Source: Methylovirgula sp. 4M-Z18 (GTDB taxonomy: Bacteria > Pseudomonadota > Alphaproteobacteria > Rhizobiales > Beijerinckiaceae). From it: a stretch of 64,000 nt of DNA. This document shows positions 51,564 to 62,623 of this stretch, piece by piece. The stretch is from assembly GCF_037890675.1 (NCBI RefSeq), contig NZ_CP149574.1:2268874-2332873 (forward strand), written 5' to 3'. Every line of letters begins with the position of its first letter. The first letter of the stretch is position 1. The notes beneath the pieces were generated by a model. It was not told where the DNA came from, ran no database searches, and worked only from the letters and a program-made list of their open reading frames with translations. The translations under genes and the position numbers were made by a program.

Positions 51564-52259
51564 ATGCCTTCTTATCTCGATCTTGGTGTGATCGGTATCG
51601 TTTTGGTTTCCGCGCTTCTGGCCATGGTCCGCGGCTTCACACGTGAGGTGCTCGCCATCGCATCGTGGGTTGTCGCCGGTATCACCGCTTATTATTTCTT
51701 CCCCGTCCTTCTGCCTTATGTGAAACAATATATTCAAAAAGATCTCATCGCGATGGTCATCGCGATCGTTGCGGTGTTTATCGTGACGCTCATCGTGATT
51801 TCGATTGTCACGATCAAGATCTCCGACCTCATCATGGATTCCAAGATCGGTGCGCTCGACCGCTCGCTCGGCTTCGTGTTCGGCGCCTTCCGCGGCCTCT
51901 TGATCGCAGTCATTGCCTTCGGCCTGTTCGAAGGTTTCGCCCAAGGCAAGATTCCGGAATGGGTGACGAACGCCAAGTCGCGGCCGTTCCTGGAGGCGAG
52001 CGCCGAGTGGTTGAAATCCCAGTTGCCCGCCGACCTGCCCGAACAGTTCAACAATTTGGCCAACAAGTTCCGCGGCGCGCCGCAAGCGCCACCGCAGGAC
52101 AATGTGCCGAACAACAACAACGCCCCCCCGCCTGCGGACAATCACACCCAATTGTCGCCGATTCAGCGCGGCGGCAACACGACGCGTGCGGCGGCGGCCA
52201 CCCCATCCGACGCAGAACAGTTGAACAATCTCTTGGCTGCACCGACGCAAGCACATTAA
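51564..52259 (+). CDS. cvpA: Colicin V production protein CvpA
   Basis: Polytopic membrane N-terminus typical of CvpA, directly upstream of purF. Confidence 0.8.
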   Translation: MPSYLDLGVIGIVLVSALLAMVRGFTREVLAIASWVVAGITAYYFFPVLLPYVKQYIQKDLIAMVIAIVAVFIVTLIVISIVTIKISDLIMDSKIGALDRSLGFVFGAFRGLLIAVIAFGLFEGFAQGKIPEWVTNAKSRPFLEASAEWLKSQLPADLPEQFNNLANKFRGAPQAPPQDNVPNNNNAPPPADNHTQLSPIQRGGNTTRAAAATPSDAEQLNNLLAAPTQAH

Positions 52260-52327
52260 GGCAAAGCGTGGTTTGCTTTTTCGGCCAAAGCGAACCATCT
52301 AGTGGGTGATTTCCACGACGGGCGAGG

Positions 52328-53845
52328 ATGATAGGAGCAGACCACATGACCGCTGCTGCAGATCGTGACAGTTCCATGACCGCGATGGATTCCCCTTGCG
52401 TTTTCGACCCTGACGAGGATCGGCTGCGCGAGGAGTGTGGCGTCTTCGGCATTTTCGGTCATCCCGAAGCGGCGACGATCACGGCGCTCGGCCTGCACGC
52501 GTTGCAGCACCGCGGCCAGGAAGCTGCGGGCATCGTGGCCTTCGACGGCAAACGCTTTCATTCCGAACGCCGGCTCGGCCTCGTCGGCGATCATTTCGCA
52601 ACAGCCTCGACCATTCAACGCCTGCCCGGTCACATCGCGATCGGCCACGTGCGCTATTCGACGACGGGCGAGACGATCTTGCGCAACGTACAGCCGCTGT
52701 TTGCCGAGCTCGACGCCGGCGGCTTTGCCGTCGCCCATAACGGCAATCTGACCAACGGCTTGACCCAGCGCCGCAACCTGATCCGTGAAGGCGCGATCTA
52801 TCAGTCGACCTCCGATACCGAGGTCGTGCTGCAGCTCGTCGCGCGCAGCCGCAAGACCCGGTTTGTAGAACGGTTCATCGAGGCGGTCCGGCAATTGGAA
52901 GGCGCCTATGCCCTCGTCTGCCTCACCAACAAGAAGCTCGTGGGTGCTCGCGACCCGCTCGGCATCCGTCCGCTGGTGATCGGCGAACTGAACGGCCATT
53001 ACATCCTCGCCTCCGAGACCTGTGCGCTCGACATTATCGGCGCGCGGTTCGTGCGCGATGTCGAGAACGGCGAGATCGTGATCATCTCGGAGAGCGGCCT
53101 GGAAAGCTTGAAGCCCTTCCCGCCGCAGCCGATGCGTCCCTGTATTTTCGAATATGTCTATTTCGCGCGGCCCGATTCGGTCGTCCATGGGCGGCCCGTC
53201 TATACGGTGCGCAAGAACATGGGTGCGCAATTGGCGCGTGAAGCCCCAGTCGAGGCGGATGTGATCGTGCCGGTGCCCGATTCCGGCGTGCCGGCAGCGA
53301 TCGGCTATGCGCAAGAATCCGGCATTCCGTTCGAACTCGGCATCATCCGCAACCATTATGTCGGCCGCACCTTCATCGAGCCGACCCAGTCGATCCGCGA
53401 GCTCGGCGTGCGTATGAAACACAGCGCCAATCGCGCGGTCGTGCAGGGCAAGCGGATCGTGCTGATCGACGATTCCATCGTGCGCGGCACGACATCGGTG
53501 AAAATCGTGCGCATGATGCGCGACGCCGGCGCGCGCGAGGTGCATTTCCGTATTTCATCGCCGCCCATCACCCATCCCGATTATTATGGCATCGACACGC
53601 CCAATCGCGAAAAACTGCTCGCCGCCACGATGAATCTGGAAGAGATGCGCCGCTATGTCGGCGCCGATTCCCTCGCCTTCCTCACGGTCGACGGCATTTA
53701 CCGCGCGATGGGCTACGACGGCCGCAACAATGCGCAGCCGCAATTCACCGACCATTGCTTTACCGGCGACTATCCGACGCCGCTGACCGATCTGATCGGA
53801 GAAAGCGCGAAACAGGAATTGGGCTTGCTGGCGGAAGCCGGATGA
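52328..53845 (+). CDS. purF: Amidophosphoribosyltransferase
   Basis: N-terminal nucleophile region CGVFGIFGH, the PRPP-binding motif VLIDDSIVRGTT and a propeptide-like leader. Exact start uncertain. Confidence 0.9.
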   Translation: MIGADHMTAAADRDSSMTAMDSPCVFDPDEDRLREECGVFGIFGHPEAATITALGLHALQHRGQEAAGIVAFDGKRFHSERRLGLVGDHFATASTIQRLPGHIAIGHVRYSTTGETILRNVQPLFAELDAGGFAVAHNGNLTNGLTQRRNLIREGAIYQSTSDTEVVLQLVARSRKTRFVERFIEAVRQLEGAYALVCLTNKKLVGARDPLGIRPLVIGELNGHYILASETCALDIIGARFVRDVENGEIVIISESGLESLKPFPPQPMRPCIFEYVYFARPDSVVHGRPVYTVRKNMGAQLAREAPVEADVIVPVPDSGVPAAIGYAQESGIPFELGIIRNHYVGRTFIEPTQSIRELGVRMKHSANRAVVQGKRIVLIDDSIVRGTTSVKIVRMMRDAGAREVHFRISSPPITHPDYYGIDTPNREKLLAATMNLEEMRRYVGADSLAFLTVDGIYRAMGYDGRNNAQPQFTDHCFTGDYPTPLTDLIGESAKQELGLLAEAG

Positions 53846-53905
53846 AACAGATTTTCTCCTCTTCCCTCGGGAAGAGGACATTAGCCACCCCTGCCTGAGT
53901 TCTTC

Positions 53906-54655
53906 ATGTCGCTCCCACAGCAAAATCGCGTCGCTCTCGTCACCGGCGCTTCCCGCGGTATTGGCCGCGCCCTGGCGCTGGCGCTCGCAGCGCAAGGCGC
54001 CCATGTCATCGCGCTCGCGCGCACACAAGGCGCATTGGAGGAGCTCGACGACGAGATCCGAAGGACCGGCGGCGAAGCTACCCTCGTGCCCTGCGATTTA
54101 CGCGACTTCGACGCGCTCGACCGGCTCGGCGCGGCCATCCATGAGCGCTGGCACAGGCTCGACATCCTCATCGCCAATGCGGGCATTCTGGGGCCGATCA
54201 CGCCGATAACCCATGCGACGCCGAAAAGCTTCGCGGACATTCTTGACGTCAACGTCACCGCCAATTGGCGCCTGATCCGCTCGCTCGACATGCTGTTGCG
54301 CGCCTCCAACGCGGGCCGCGCCATCTTCATATCCTCCGGCGTGGCACACCGGGCCATCGTCAAGCCTTTCTGGGGTCCCTACGCGATTTCGAAATCGGCG
54401 CTCGAAATGCTCGCCCGCACCTATGCGGCCGAGACGGCGACCGTTTCCAATTTGAAAGTGATGCTCGTCAACCCCGGCCCCTTGCGCACCGACATGCGCG
54501 CGCAGGCGATGCCGGGCGAAGACAAGTTGACTTTGAAATTGCCCGAAGAGATCGCCCCGAAAATCATGATGCTCTGCGCTCCCTCATGGAAAGAGACCGG
54601 CCAGCTCTATGACTTTCCGACCGACCGCGTGTTGAGCTTTAGAGGCCCCGAGTAG
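53906..54655 (+). CDS. SDR-family oxidoreductase
   Basis: [12 protein letters not shown] Rossmann motif and YxxSK. Confidence 0.8.
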   Translation: MSLPQQNRVALVTGASRGIGRALALALAAQGAHVIALARTQGALEELDDEIRRTGGEATLVPCDLRDFDALDRLGAAIHERWHRLDILIANAGILGPITPITHATPKSFADILDVNVTANWRLIRSLDMLLRASNAGRAIFISSGVAHRAIVKPFWGPYAISKSALEMLARTYAAETATVSNLKVMLVNPGPLRTDMRAQAMPGEDKLTLKLPEEIAPKIMMLCAPSWKETGQLYDFPTDRVLSFRGPE

Positions 54656-54690
54656 ATTGCCGCTCGCCAGTAACGCTAGGGTTGACGTTC

Positions 54691-55614
54691 ATGGATATCC
54701 AAAAGCTTATTGACGATGTGGCGCAGGCGCTGTCGCGATATCCGAATGACGGCAAAGTCGCCGACTACATTCCGCAATTGGCACGAGTCGATCCCGATCA
54801 TTTCGGCATTGCCGTGGCCGATGTCGATGGCCGGCTTTTTACCACCGGCGACGCGGAGATTCCGTTCTCCATTCAAAGTGTATCCAAGGTTTTCACATTG
54901 ACCCTCGCGCTGGGACGCGTGGGCGATCACTTATGGAAACGGGTCGGCCGCGAACCTTCGGGCTCGCCGTTCAATTCGATCGTGCAATTGGAGGCCGAGC
55001 ACGGTATTCCGCGCAACCCCTTCATCAATGCGGGCGCAATCGTGATCGCCGATGTTTTGCTGTCCGGCCATCAACCCAAAGCCTGTATCGCTGAAATCCT
55101 GCATTTCCTGCGCGAATTGACGGGCGATTTCAGCATCGCGATCGACCCGGCAGTCGCACGCTCCGAACAGGAAACCGGCTTTCGCAACCGGGCCTTGGCC
55201 AATTACATGCAATCGTTCAAGAACATCACCCATCCGGTGGAACATACGCTGGGTGTTTATTTTCATCATTGCGCCATCGCCATGTCCTGCGTCCAACTGG
55301 CGCGAGCCGGATTGTATCTCGCCAATAATGGCGTCAACCCGACCACCGGCTTCCGGGTTGTGACGCGGGAGCGCGCGCGACGGATCAATGCGCTGATGAT
55401 GACCTGCGGCCATTATGACGCCTCCGGCGATTTTGCCTTTCGTGTCGGATTGCCTGGAAAAAGCGGCGTCGGCGGCGGGATCTTGGCGATCGTGCCAGGT
55501 CAAGCGGCCATCGCTGTCTGGTCGCCGCGACTCAACAAGAACGGCAATTCGCTGTTCGGGTCGCTGGCCCTCGAAATGATCGCCGAGAAGACCGGCTGGT
55601 CAACCTTCGGCTGA
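54691..55614 (+). CDS. glsA: Glutaminase A
   Basis: DYIPQLA and SVSKVF serine beta-lactamase-like glutaminase motifs. Confidence 0.88.
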   Translation: MDIQKLIDDVAQALSRYPNDGKVADYIPQLARVDPDHFGIAVADVDGRLFTTGDAEIPFSIQSVSKVFTLTLALGRVGDHLWKRVGREPSGSPFNSIVQLEAEHGIPRNPFINAGAIVIADVLLSGHQPKACIAEILHFLRELTGDFSIAIDPAVARSEQETGFRNRALANYMQSFKNITHPVEHTLGVYFHHCAIAMSCVQLARAGLYLANNGVNPTTGFRVVTRERARRINALMMTCGHYDASGDFAFRVGLPGKSGVGGGILAIVPGQAAIAVWSPRLNKNGNSLFGSLALEMIAEKTGWSTFG

Positions 55615-55616
55615 TC

Positions 55617-57014
55617 TTACCGCCCCCGATCGAAGGGGTTCTTGTTCATCCGCATCGAGAGCCGCAGCGGCACGCCGTAAAGATCGAAGGTCTGGCGCAA
55701 GCCATTTAGCAAGAACCGGCGGTAGCTCTCGGGCAATGAATCGAGCTGATTGCCGAAGATGACGAAATACGGCGGCCGCGCTTTCGGCTGGGTCATGTAG
55801 CGGATCTTGATACGGCGGCCCGAGACCGCAGGCGGCGGCGTTTGCTCGAGCACCTGCCCGAGCCAGCGATTGATGCGGCCGGTCGAGATCCGGCGGTTCC
55901 AGGTCTCGTGCACCTTGATCACCGCCTGCATCAGCCGCTCGATACCGTTGCCGGTAAGGCCGGAGACCGGCACCAGAGGCATGCCCTTGAGCTGCGGCAG
56001 CAGCCGGTCGGCCTCCTCGCGCAATTCGGCGAGCTTCGCACCCTTGTCCTCGATCAGATCCCACTTGTTGAGGCCGATCACCATCGCCCGGCCTTCGCGC
56101 TCGCACAGATCCGCGATCGTCAGATCCTGCTTTTCGAAGGGGATTGTCGCATCGAGCAACAGCACCACGACCTCGGCGAACTTGACCGCGCGCAGCGCGT
56201 CCGCCACCGCGAGCTTTTCGAGCTTTTCCTCGACTTTGGCCTTGCGCCGGATCCCCGCCGTATCAAACAGCTTCATCTCGCGGCCGTTCCAGACGTGCTC
56301 GACGCCAATCGAGTCGCGGGTGATGCCCGCCTCTGGCCCGGTGAGGAGACGGTCTTCGCCCAAAATCCGGTTCAGCAAGGTCGATTTACCGGCGTTGGGC
56401 CGGCCCACCACCGCAATGCGTAACGGCTTCGTGATGTCGAGTTCGGTTCCCTCGCCATCCTCGTCAACCTGCGCGACAACCTCTTCATCATCATCGGTGT
56501 CGTCAGTAATGGCGGTCGCTTCCGGCAAGGCTTCCAGAATCGCCTCATAAAGCGCGGTCATGCCCTCGCCATGCTCGGCGGAGAGCGGTACCGGCTCGCC
56601 AAGGCCAAGCTCGAAGGCCTCGTGATAGCCGGCCTCTCCGACTTTGCCCTCCGCCTTGTTGGCGATCAAAATCAGTGGCTTATCGGCGCGCCGCGCCAGG
56701 CCGGCAAAATATTTGTCCGTCGGCGTCAGGCCGACGCGGGCGTCGACGACGAAGAAAATCGCATCGGCATCGGCGATCGCCGCCTCGGTCTGGGCGCGCA
56801 TGCGGGCAGGCAGCGTGCCTTGGTCCCCCTCCTCCAGCCCGGCCGTGTCGATGATCGTGAAGCGCAAATCCACTAATTTCGCATCGCCTTCGCGGCGGTC
56901 GCGCGTGACGCCGGGCTGGTCATCGACCAGGGCAAGCTTCTTGCCGACCAATCGGTTGAACAGGGTCGATTTGCCGACATTCGGCCGGCCGATGATTGCA
57001 ATCGTGAAGGACAT
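55617..57014 (-). CDS. der: Ribosome-associated GTPase Der (EngA), double G-domain
   Basis: Two GxxGxGKS P-loops ([18 protein letters not shown]) and a KH-like C-terminus. Confidence 0.93.
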   Translation of the reverse strand: MSFTIAIIGRPNVGKSTLFNRLVGKKLALVDDQPGVTRDRREGDAKLVDLRFTIIDTAGLEEGDQGTLPARMRAQTEAAIADADAIFFVVDARVGLTPTDKYFAGLARRADKPLILIANKAEGKVGEAGYHEAFELGLGEPVPLSAEHGEGMTALYEAILEALPEATAITDDTDDDEEVVAQVDEDGEGTELDITKPLRIAVVGRPNAGKSTLLNRILGEDRLLTGPEAGITRDSIGVEHVWNGREMKLFDTAGIRRKAKVEEKLEKLAVADALRAVKFAEVVVLLLDATIPFEKQDLTIADLCEREGRAMVIGLNKWDLIEDKGAKLAELREEADRLLPQLKGMPLVPVSGLTGNGIERLMQAVIKVHETWNRRISTGRINRWLGQVLEQTPPPAVSGRRIKIRYMTQPKARPPYFVIFGNQLDSLPESYRRFLLNGLRQTFDLYGVPLRLSMRMNKNPFDRGR

Positions 57015-57018
57015 CTGG

Positions 57019-57681
57019 TCAGGGCGCCTTCGCCGGCTGATTGGCTTTGACGTAGCTCAACATCGCGTCCATGCGCTCGCGCTCAGCAGCCGAAGCCTCC
57101 GGATCCTGCGCCACGGCGTCGAACAATTTGCTGGCCAGATCGAAGTCATTGGCCTTCAGCGCTGCATAGCCATAGGCCTCCCGCGCGGTGTTGCGGAACG
57201 GCTGGCGATCGCCCGTGAGCGGCTGCAAGCGCCGCGCGATCTCGGCCATATCGCCCGCATCGACGACGAGCAGCGCAGCGCGCAGCCGAGCTGCCTCCTG
57301 CAGCACCGGATTGACGCTCGTATCCGCGGCAATCGCGTCATAGGCCTTCACAGCGGCTGCCGGATCGCTCTGGGCGGTCTCGTTCGCGACCTGCAGCCGC
57401 GCCAGCAGCTTATAGCCCTCCTGCGAGGAATCGGTCATGGCGGCGAAAGCCTTGGCGGCATCTTCGGCCTTGCCCTGCTGCGCCAGGGTCAGCGCCGCCT
57501 GATATTGGGCGCCGGCGGCCTGCTCGGACTTGATTTTGTTGCCCTGCCAGAACTTGTAACCGGCCGTCGCCACCACGATGGCGATCGCCAAGGCGATCAC
57601 GAGATTCTGGTATTTTTCCCAGATTTTGAGGGCTTCGTCGCGGCGGACTTCTTCGTCAACTTCGCGGAAAATATCGGACAT
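57019..57681 (-). CDS. YfgM-like membrane-anchored TPR protein (conserved der upstream partner)
   Basis: N-terminal transmembrane segment and a TPR-like helical region. Start trimmed to MSDIF. Confidence 0.6.
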   Translation of the reverse strand: MSDIFREVDEEVRRDEALKIWEKYQNLVIALAIAIVVATAGYKFWQGNKIKSEQAAGAQYQAALTLAQQGKAEDAAKAFAAMTDSSQEGYKLLARLQVANETAQSDPAAAVKAYDAIAADTSVNPVLQEAARLRAALLVVDAGDMAEIARRLQPLTGDRQPFRNTAREAYGYAALKANDFDLASKLFDAVAQDPEASAAERERMDAMLSYVKANQPAKAP

Positions 57682-57889
57682 GGAACTCTCATAGGCGCAG
57701 AATTGCTCCCGCCGTAGCACGACATGGCGGCGAATGCGAGCTTTTGATCGCTCTGGCGAAGATTCGCGGCAGGGCCGGCCCCGAAAATCCCCGGTCTCGT
57801 AAAGCCCAGCCCATCCATGCGGCCATCACCTTTTGGAAAAACCGGCAAAGACGATATAAACGCAAAAGCCATCACCAGACGAGACGATC

Positions 57890-59077
57890 ATGTTCGAGCA
57901 CCTCAAAGACCAACCCGCCGACGCCCTTCTCTCCCTGATCAAGATGCATCGCGACGATCCGCGCGAGCATAAAATCGACCTTGGCGTCGGCGTCTATCGC
58001 GACGAAACCGGCGTGACCCCGGTCATGCGTTCGGTCAAGACCGCCGAGAAGATCCTGCTCGAAACGCAGACCAGCAAATCCTATCTAGGCCCCGAAGGCG
58101 ACATGGAGTTCGTGCATCTGCTCGAACCGATCATTTTCGGCCGGGGCGATCATTACAACAGCCGCCTCACCGGCATTCAAACACCCGGCGGCACCGGCGC
58201 CCTGCGAGTCGGCATCGATTTGATCGTTGCGGCCCGGCCCAATGCCAAGATTTGGCTCGGCTTGCCGAGTTGGCCCAACCACGCACCGATTTTCACGGCG
58301 GCGGGCGCGGATGTCGGCAGGTACAATTATTTCGACATCAAGACGCAAACCCTGCGGTTCGACGACATGATGCAGATGCTCCAGCAGGCTGCTCCCGGCG
58401 ATGCGGTATTGCTGAACGGCGCCTGCCACAACCCGACGGGCGCCGATTTGAGCTTCGAGCAATGGCAACAGGTGACCGAGCAATTGACGGCGCGCAAGCT
58501 GCTGCCGCTGATCGACTTTGCCTATCAGGGCCTCGGACTGGGGCTGGATGAGGATGCGCAAGGTCTGCGCTACGTGCTCGACCATGTCGAAGAGGCGATT
58601 GTCGCCTATTCCTGCGACAAGAATTTCGGCGTCTATCGCGACCGCGTCGGCGCGCTCTATGTGCTGACGCGCAATCCGGCCGAAGCGACGACCGCACAGT
58701 CCAACGCGATGGCGCTCGCCCGCGTCAACTGGTCCATGCCCCCGGATCACGGTGCCGCGGTCGTGCGCACTATCCTGAGTTCGGAGGAACTGACCAAGGA
58801 TTGGCGCGCCGAGCTGACGCAAATGAACGAACGGATCAATGGCGTGCGCACCGCCCTTGCCGCAGCCGACCCGGACCTCGCCTTCATCGCATCGCAGCGC
58901 GGGCTGTTTTCGAACTTGTCGCTCGATACGGTCGCGATCACGTCGCTGCGCATCGAGCACGCGGTCTACATGGCGGGCAGCGGCCGCATCAATATCGCCG
59001 GTCTGCAGCATGCGGATATCCCGCGCCTGGCGGAGGCCTTGCGCACTGTCATGCCCGAGCGGCAACCTGCGGAATAA
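57890..59077 (+). CDS. Aromatic-amino-acid/aspartate aminotransferase (class I, TyrB/AspC-like)
   Basis: GVGVYRDETG N-terminus and a PLP-lysine region, 395 aa. Confidence 0.85.
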   Translation: MFEHLKDQPADALLSLIKMHRDDPREHKIDLGVGVYRDETGVTPVMRSVKTAEKILLETQTSKSYLGPEGDMEFVHLLEPIIFGRGDHYNSRLTGIQTPGGTGALRVGIDLIVAARPNAKIWLGLPSWPNHAPIFTAAGADVGRYNYFDIKTQTLRFDDMMQMLQQAAPGDAVLLNGACHNPTGADLSFEQWQQVTEQLTARKLLPLIDFAYQGLGLGLDEDAQGLRYVLDHVEEAIVAYSCDKNFGVYRDRVGALYVLTRNPAEATTAQSNAMALARVNWSMPPDHGAAVVRTILSSEELTKDWRAELTQMNERINGVRTALAAADPDLAFIASQRGLFSNLSLDTVAITSLRIEHAVYMAGSGRINIAGLQHADIPRLAEALRTVMPERQPAE

Positions 59078-59202
59078 GACAAGCCGATGGTCTGGCGCCG
59101 TCTCCTTGAGGGCGGCGGCGCCGGTTCCTGCGCTTGAAAAATTTACCGGAATTCTTTTCCATTGCGTGCCGCTTATGCCGTCTATTCAGTCATAGGTCTC
59201 AG

Positions 59203-62200
59203 ATGCCCCACTTTATAGCGAGTGCACTCTCAGGTGCTTTGGGTGGGTTTGTCGCCGCGGCCGCTATGGCCCGCTTTCGTCTTTTACCAAGCAGCAAGCC
59301 GGATCCCCGCCAAAAGGCCGCGCCGCCCCCCACTCCTCCTCAGCCTGCTCCCCAACCGAAGAGTGAACCGGTTCAAGCTGTGCCCGATGCTATCGCGGCA
59401 CTGCTGCCCATACTGAATAAGCAGCTTGCGCCACTCGAAGACCAAATTCATCACCCCTCGCAATTGCTGGATATGCCGGAATTTCAAGCGGTGGTTGCGG
59501 CGTTCCGGCGGCCTGACGCAACGTTTGATCTGCTGTGCCAACACGCGCTGGGTCCTAACTGGATGTTTGCCTGTGCGGCCTTCATCGTTTTGAGCGATCA
59601 TAGCGGTCGCCAGTCAATTGCGGCGCGGGTGTTGCAGCACATCGAGGTCACGCGCCCTTTCACGCTGCCCTATGCATTGCGCTATCTCACTTCACTTGAA
59701 CATCGCCCAGCCGTTGGCGCATCGATTATCGGCGCACCCCCATGGTGGCAAAACAACGTCGTCATTCCAGGCTTCGTTCAGGACTATTTTGCACGCAGCG
59801 CTGCGCTTGGCGATACTGCGAGTTTCGGTGACGCTCTCGGGCGCCGGCCCGATTTCACCGCCGAACCACTCACCGGATTGCTGCAGAAAGTCCAGCATCC
59901 GTTCGCAACACAACTTCTCGATCAATTGCGTGCTTGGAAAGACACGCGTATCGATAGTCAATATTTGAGCACTGTCGGCGCTCTCTGGGAACCCGATGGC
60001 GTAGACTCGCTGATCGTTGTTCCGCCCGCGTGGGACGAGCTACTCAAGACGGCGGAGATCGCGATTCATCAATCGCGTCCGCGCTCAATTCTCGTGACCG
60101 GCGATCCGGGCACAGGTAAAACCGCGCTGCTCAAACTGCTTGCGGCACAATTGTCCGCATCCGGCTGGACAGTCTTTTCGGCAAGTGCCAATGAATTGAT
60201 GGCTGATCAAATGTATATCGGCCAACTTGAGGGGCGCATCCGCAAGCTCGTCGATGCGCTTCACAGCCGCCGAAAACTCGTATGGTATGTGAACGATCTT
60301 GGCCAACTGGCCGATAGCGGGACACATCAGGGTCAGTCTGCGAGCATCCTCGATCAAATTCTGCCAGATATTATAGCTGGCCACCTCATCGTCGTTGGGG
60401 AGGCAGGCCAGAAAGCGGCGACGCGACTGTTCCATGCTCGCCCCTCGCTCCGCTCGATCATGGAAGTGCTCTCGCTGCAGCCCATGAGTGAGGACGAAAC
60501 ACGGTCCCTGGCCGGTGACGTCGGGCAGCGGATCTCCAAATACACGGGCGTCGCGGTTTCCGAAGGGGCCATCCAAGCCACGATGGAACTCGTCCAGCAT
60601 TTTCTGGGCTCGCGCCAATTGCCAGGTGCCGTGATGGAATTGCTGAAGCGTTCGGCAGCCAGCGTTGTCAGTTCGGGCGAAACCGAGCTCACCGCCGCAA
60701 GCGTGATTGCTACACTCTCGCAAATCTCGGGCCTGCCTCGAGTTATCCTCGACACGTCACAGAAAGTCGAACTCAGCCGAATCCGCGACTTTTTCCTGCA
60801 ACGCGTGATCGGCCAAGACGAGGCGGTGAACGCCGTCGTAGACAGAATTGCGATGCTAAAGGCGGGACTGACCGACCCTGCCAGACCTATCGGCGTGTTT
60901 CTCTTTGCGGGTCCCACCGGCACCGGCAAGACCGAGCTCGCCAAGACCACAGCCGAGTTTCTCTTCGGCTCTTCTGATCGCATGACGCGCCTCGATATGA
61001 GCGAATTTCAAACGGCAGAGGCGACCAGCAAGATTCTCGGTCAGCGTGGCGACTACATGTCAGACTCGTTGATCGATCGGACTCGTCGGCAACCATTCTC
61101 GGTGATCTTGCTCGACGAATTCGAAAAGGCGCACTCCAATTGCTGGGATCTGTTTCTTCAGATTTTCGATGACGGCCGTTTAACCGATGCGAATGGGCGC
61201 GAGGCTGATTTTCGCCATTGCCTGATTATTCTTACATCCAATCTCGGTGCCACGGCACATCATGGCGGCGGGTTTGGTTTTCGCCCGGCCGCCAGTACTT
61301 ACGCCGGCGAGCAGGTGCATCGCACGATCGCGCAGACGTTCCGACCGGAGTTCGTCAACCGCCTCGATAAGATTATCGTGTTTCAACCCCTATCGCGCGA
61401 TTTGATGCGTAGCATCTTGCGCAAAGAACTCGCGCTTGTGCAGGAACGACGCGGGTTGCGCACCCGCGCCTGGGCCGTCGAGTGGGAAGCCTCAGCCATC
61501 GAATTTCTGCTCGACCGCGGTTTTTCCCCAGAAATGGGCGCGCGACCACTTAAGCGCGCGATCGATCAACTCCTTCTTGCTCCCCTTGCGGCAACACTTG
61601 TTGAGCATCGCTTTCCGCAGGGCGATCAGTTCTTGTTCGTGCGCTCCGACGGCACCAAGATCGAAGTCGAATTCGTCGATCCCGCGGCCGGAGCCGTAAA
61701 GGAGCCGGAAGTCGAACTTGCGGTCGAGAACGACTTGTCATTGCCCGCGATCGTCCTGCGACAATCCGGCTCGGGCAGCGAGCGCGCAACGCTTACGAAT
61801 ACTTGGCGTGAGATTCAGGATCGTTTTGCAAGCGATGCGTGGCGCGAGGCCGCCGACCAACTGCAGCAAGCGCTGACCGATCCTGATATTTGGCAGCGCC
61901 CGGATCGCCACCGCATTTTCGAGAGTTACGAGACGATTGACCGCCTTGGCGAGGCCGCGCGCACCGCCGCTCGCCTGTTCGAACGCTATCAAGCAACCAG
62001 TCGACAGTCCGCGCGGGCAGCTCGGGAGTTGGCGGCTCGCTTTGCCCTGCAACTGTACAATTTGCGGCAGGGCCTCGATGACGTGGAACAAAGTGCGCCT
62101 ATTGATGTCCTGCTGCGCGTTGAGCCAACACTCGATTCTGGCGGCGACGCAGCGAACACCGTGGCCTGGTGTCAAAAAGTGACCGATATGTACCGGCAGT

Positions 62201-62598
62201 GGGCACGCAAACGCCGGATGCAGATTAAGGAAATTGCACAGCGCAACGGCAAGGCGATGCCAATTCTGCACATTACCGGCTTTGGCGCCTATCGCGCACT
62301 GGAGACCGAGGCGGGTCTGCATGTGCTGGATGACCCGACACAAGAGAACGGTCGCCGGACGGTTGCCCATGTTGCCGTTGCACCTGGCCCCAAGGATCCG
62401 GTGGCGGAAAGCGATTTGTTTGATGCCAGCGTACGGCTCTTGGCAATTGCGCCAAGCACAACAACAATTGTCCGCCGCTATCGCGAAGGCGGTTCGCCCA
62501 TCGTGCGCGATAGTATCAAAGGTTGGCGCACAGGCCGATTGGACATGGTGCTCGGCGGCGATTTCGACCTGATCGGTGCACGTAGCGAAACGAGTTGA
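59203..62598 (+). CDS. Multidomain protein: possible N-terminal membrane anchor plus Pro-rich linker and unknown domain, a ClpA-like double AAA+ core (D1 degenerate), and a C-terminal RF2-like release-factor module lacking the GGQ domain
   Basis: D1 has Walker A GDPGTGKT but Walker B VWYVNDL, with DE replaced by ND. D2 has [19 protein letters not shown] and sensor-2 GARPLKRAI. The C-terminal 300 aa match RF2 landmarks ([9 protein letters not shown], LDSGG...[39 protein letters not shown]), but no GGQ segment is present. Local GC is visibly below the genome norm. Confidence 0.75.
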   Translation: [1131 protein letters not shown]

Positions 62599-62623
62599 AG
62601 CGTTCCACGCGAATGTCGGCCTC

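Noticed and set aside
59134-59202. Upstream extension of the Clp-RF ORF as given in the ORF track
   Set aside because: The track start is a TTG inside a promoter-like cttgaaaaattta. The first ATG with hydrophobic N-terminus MPHFIAS at 59203 is the more plausible start.
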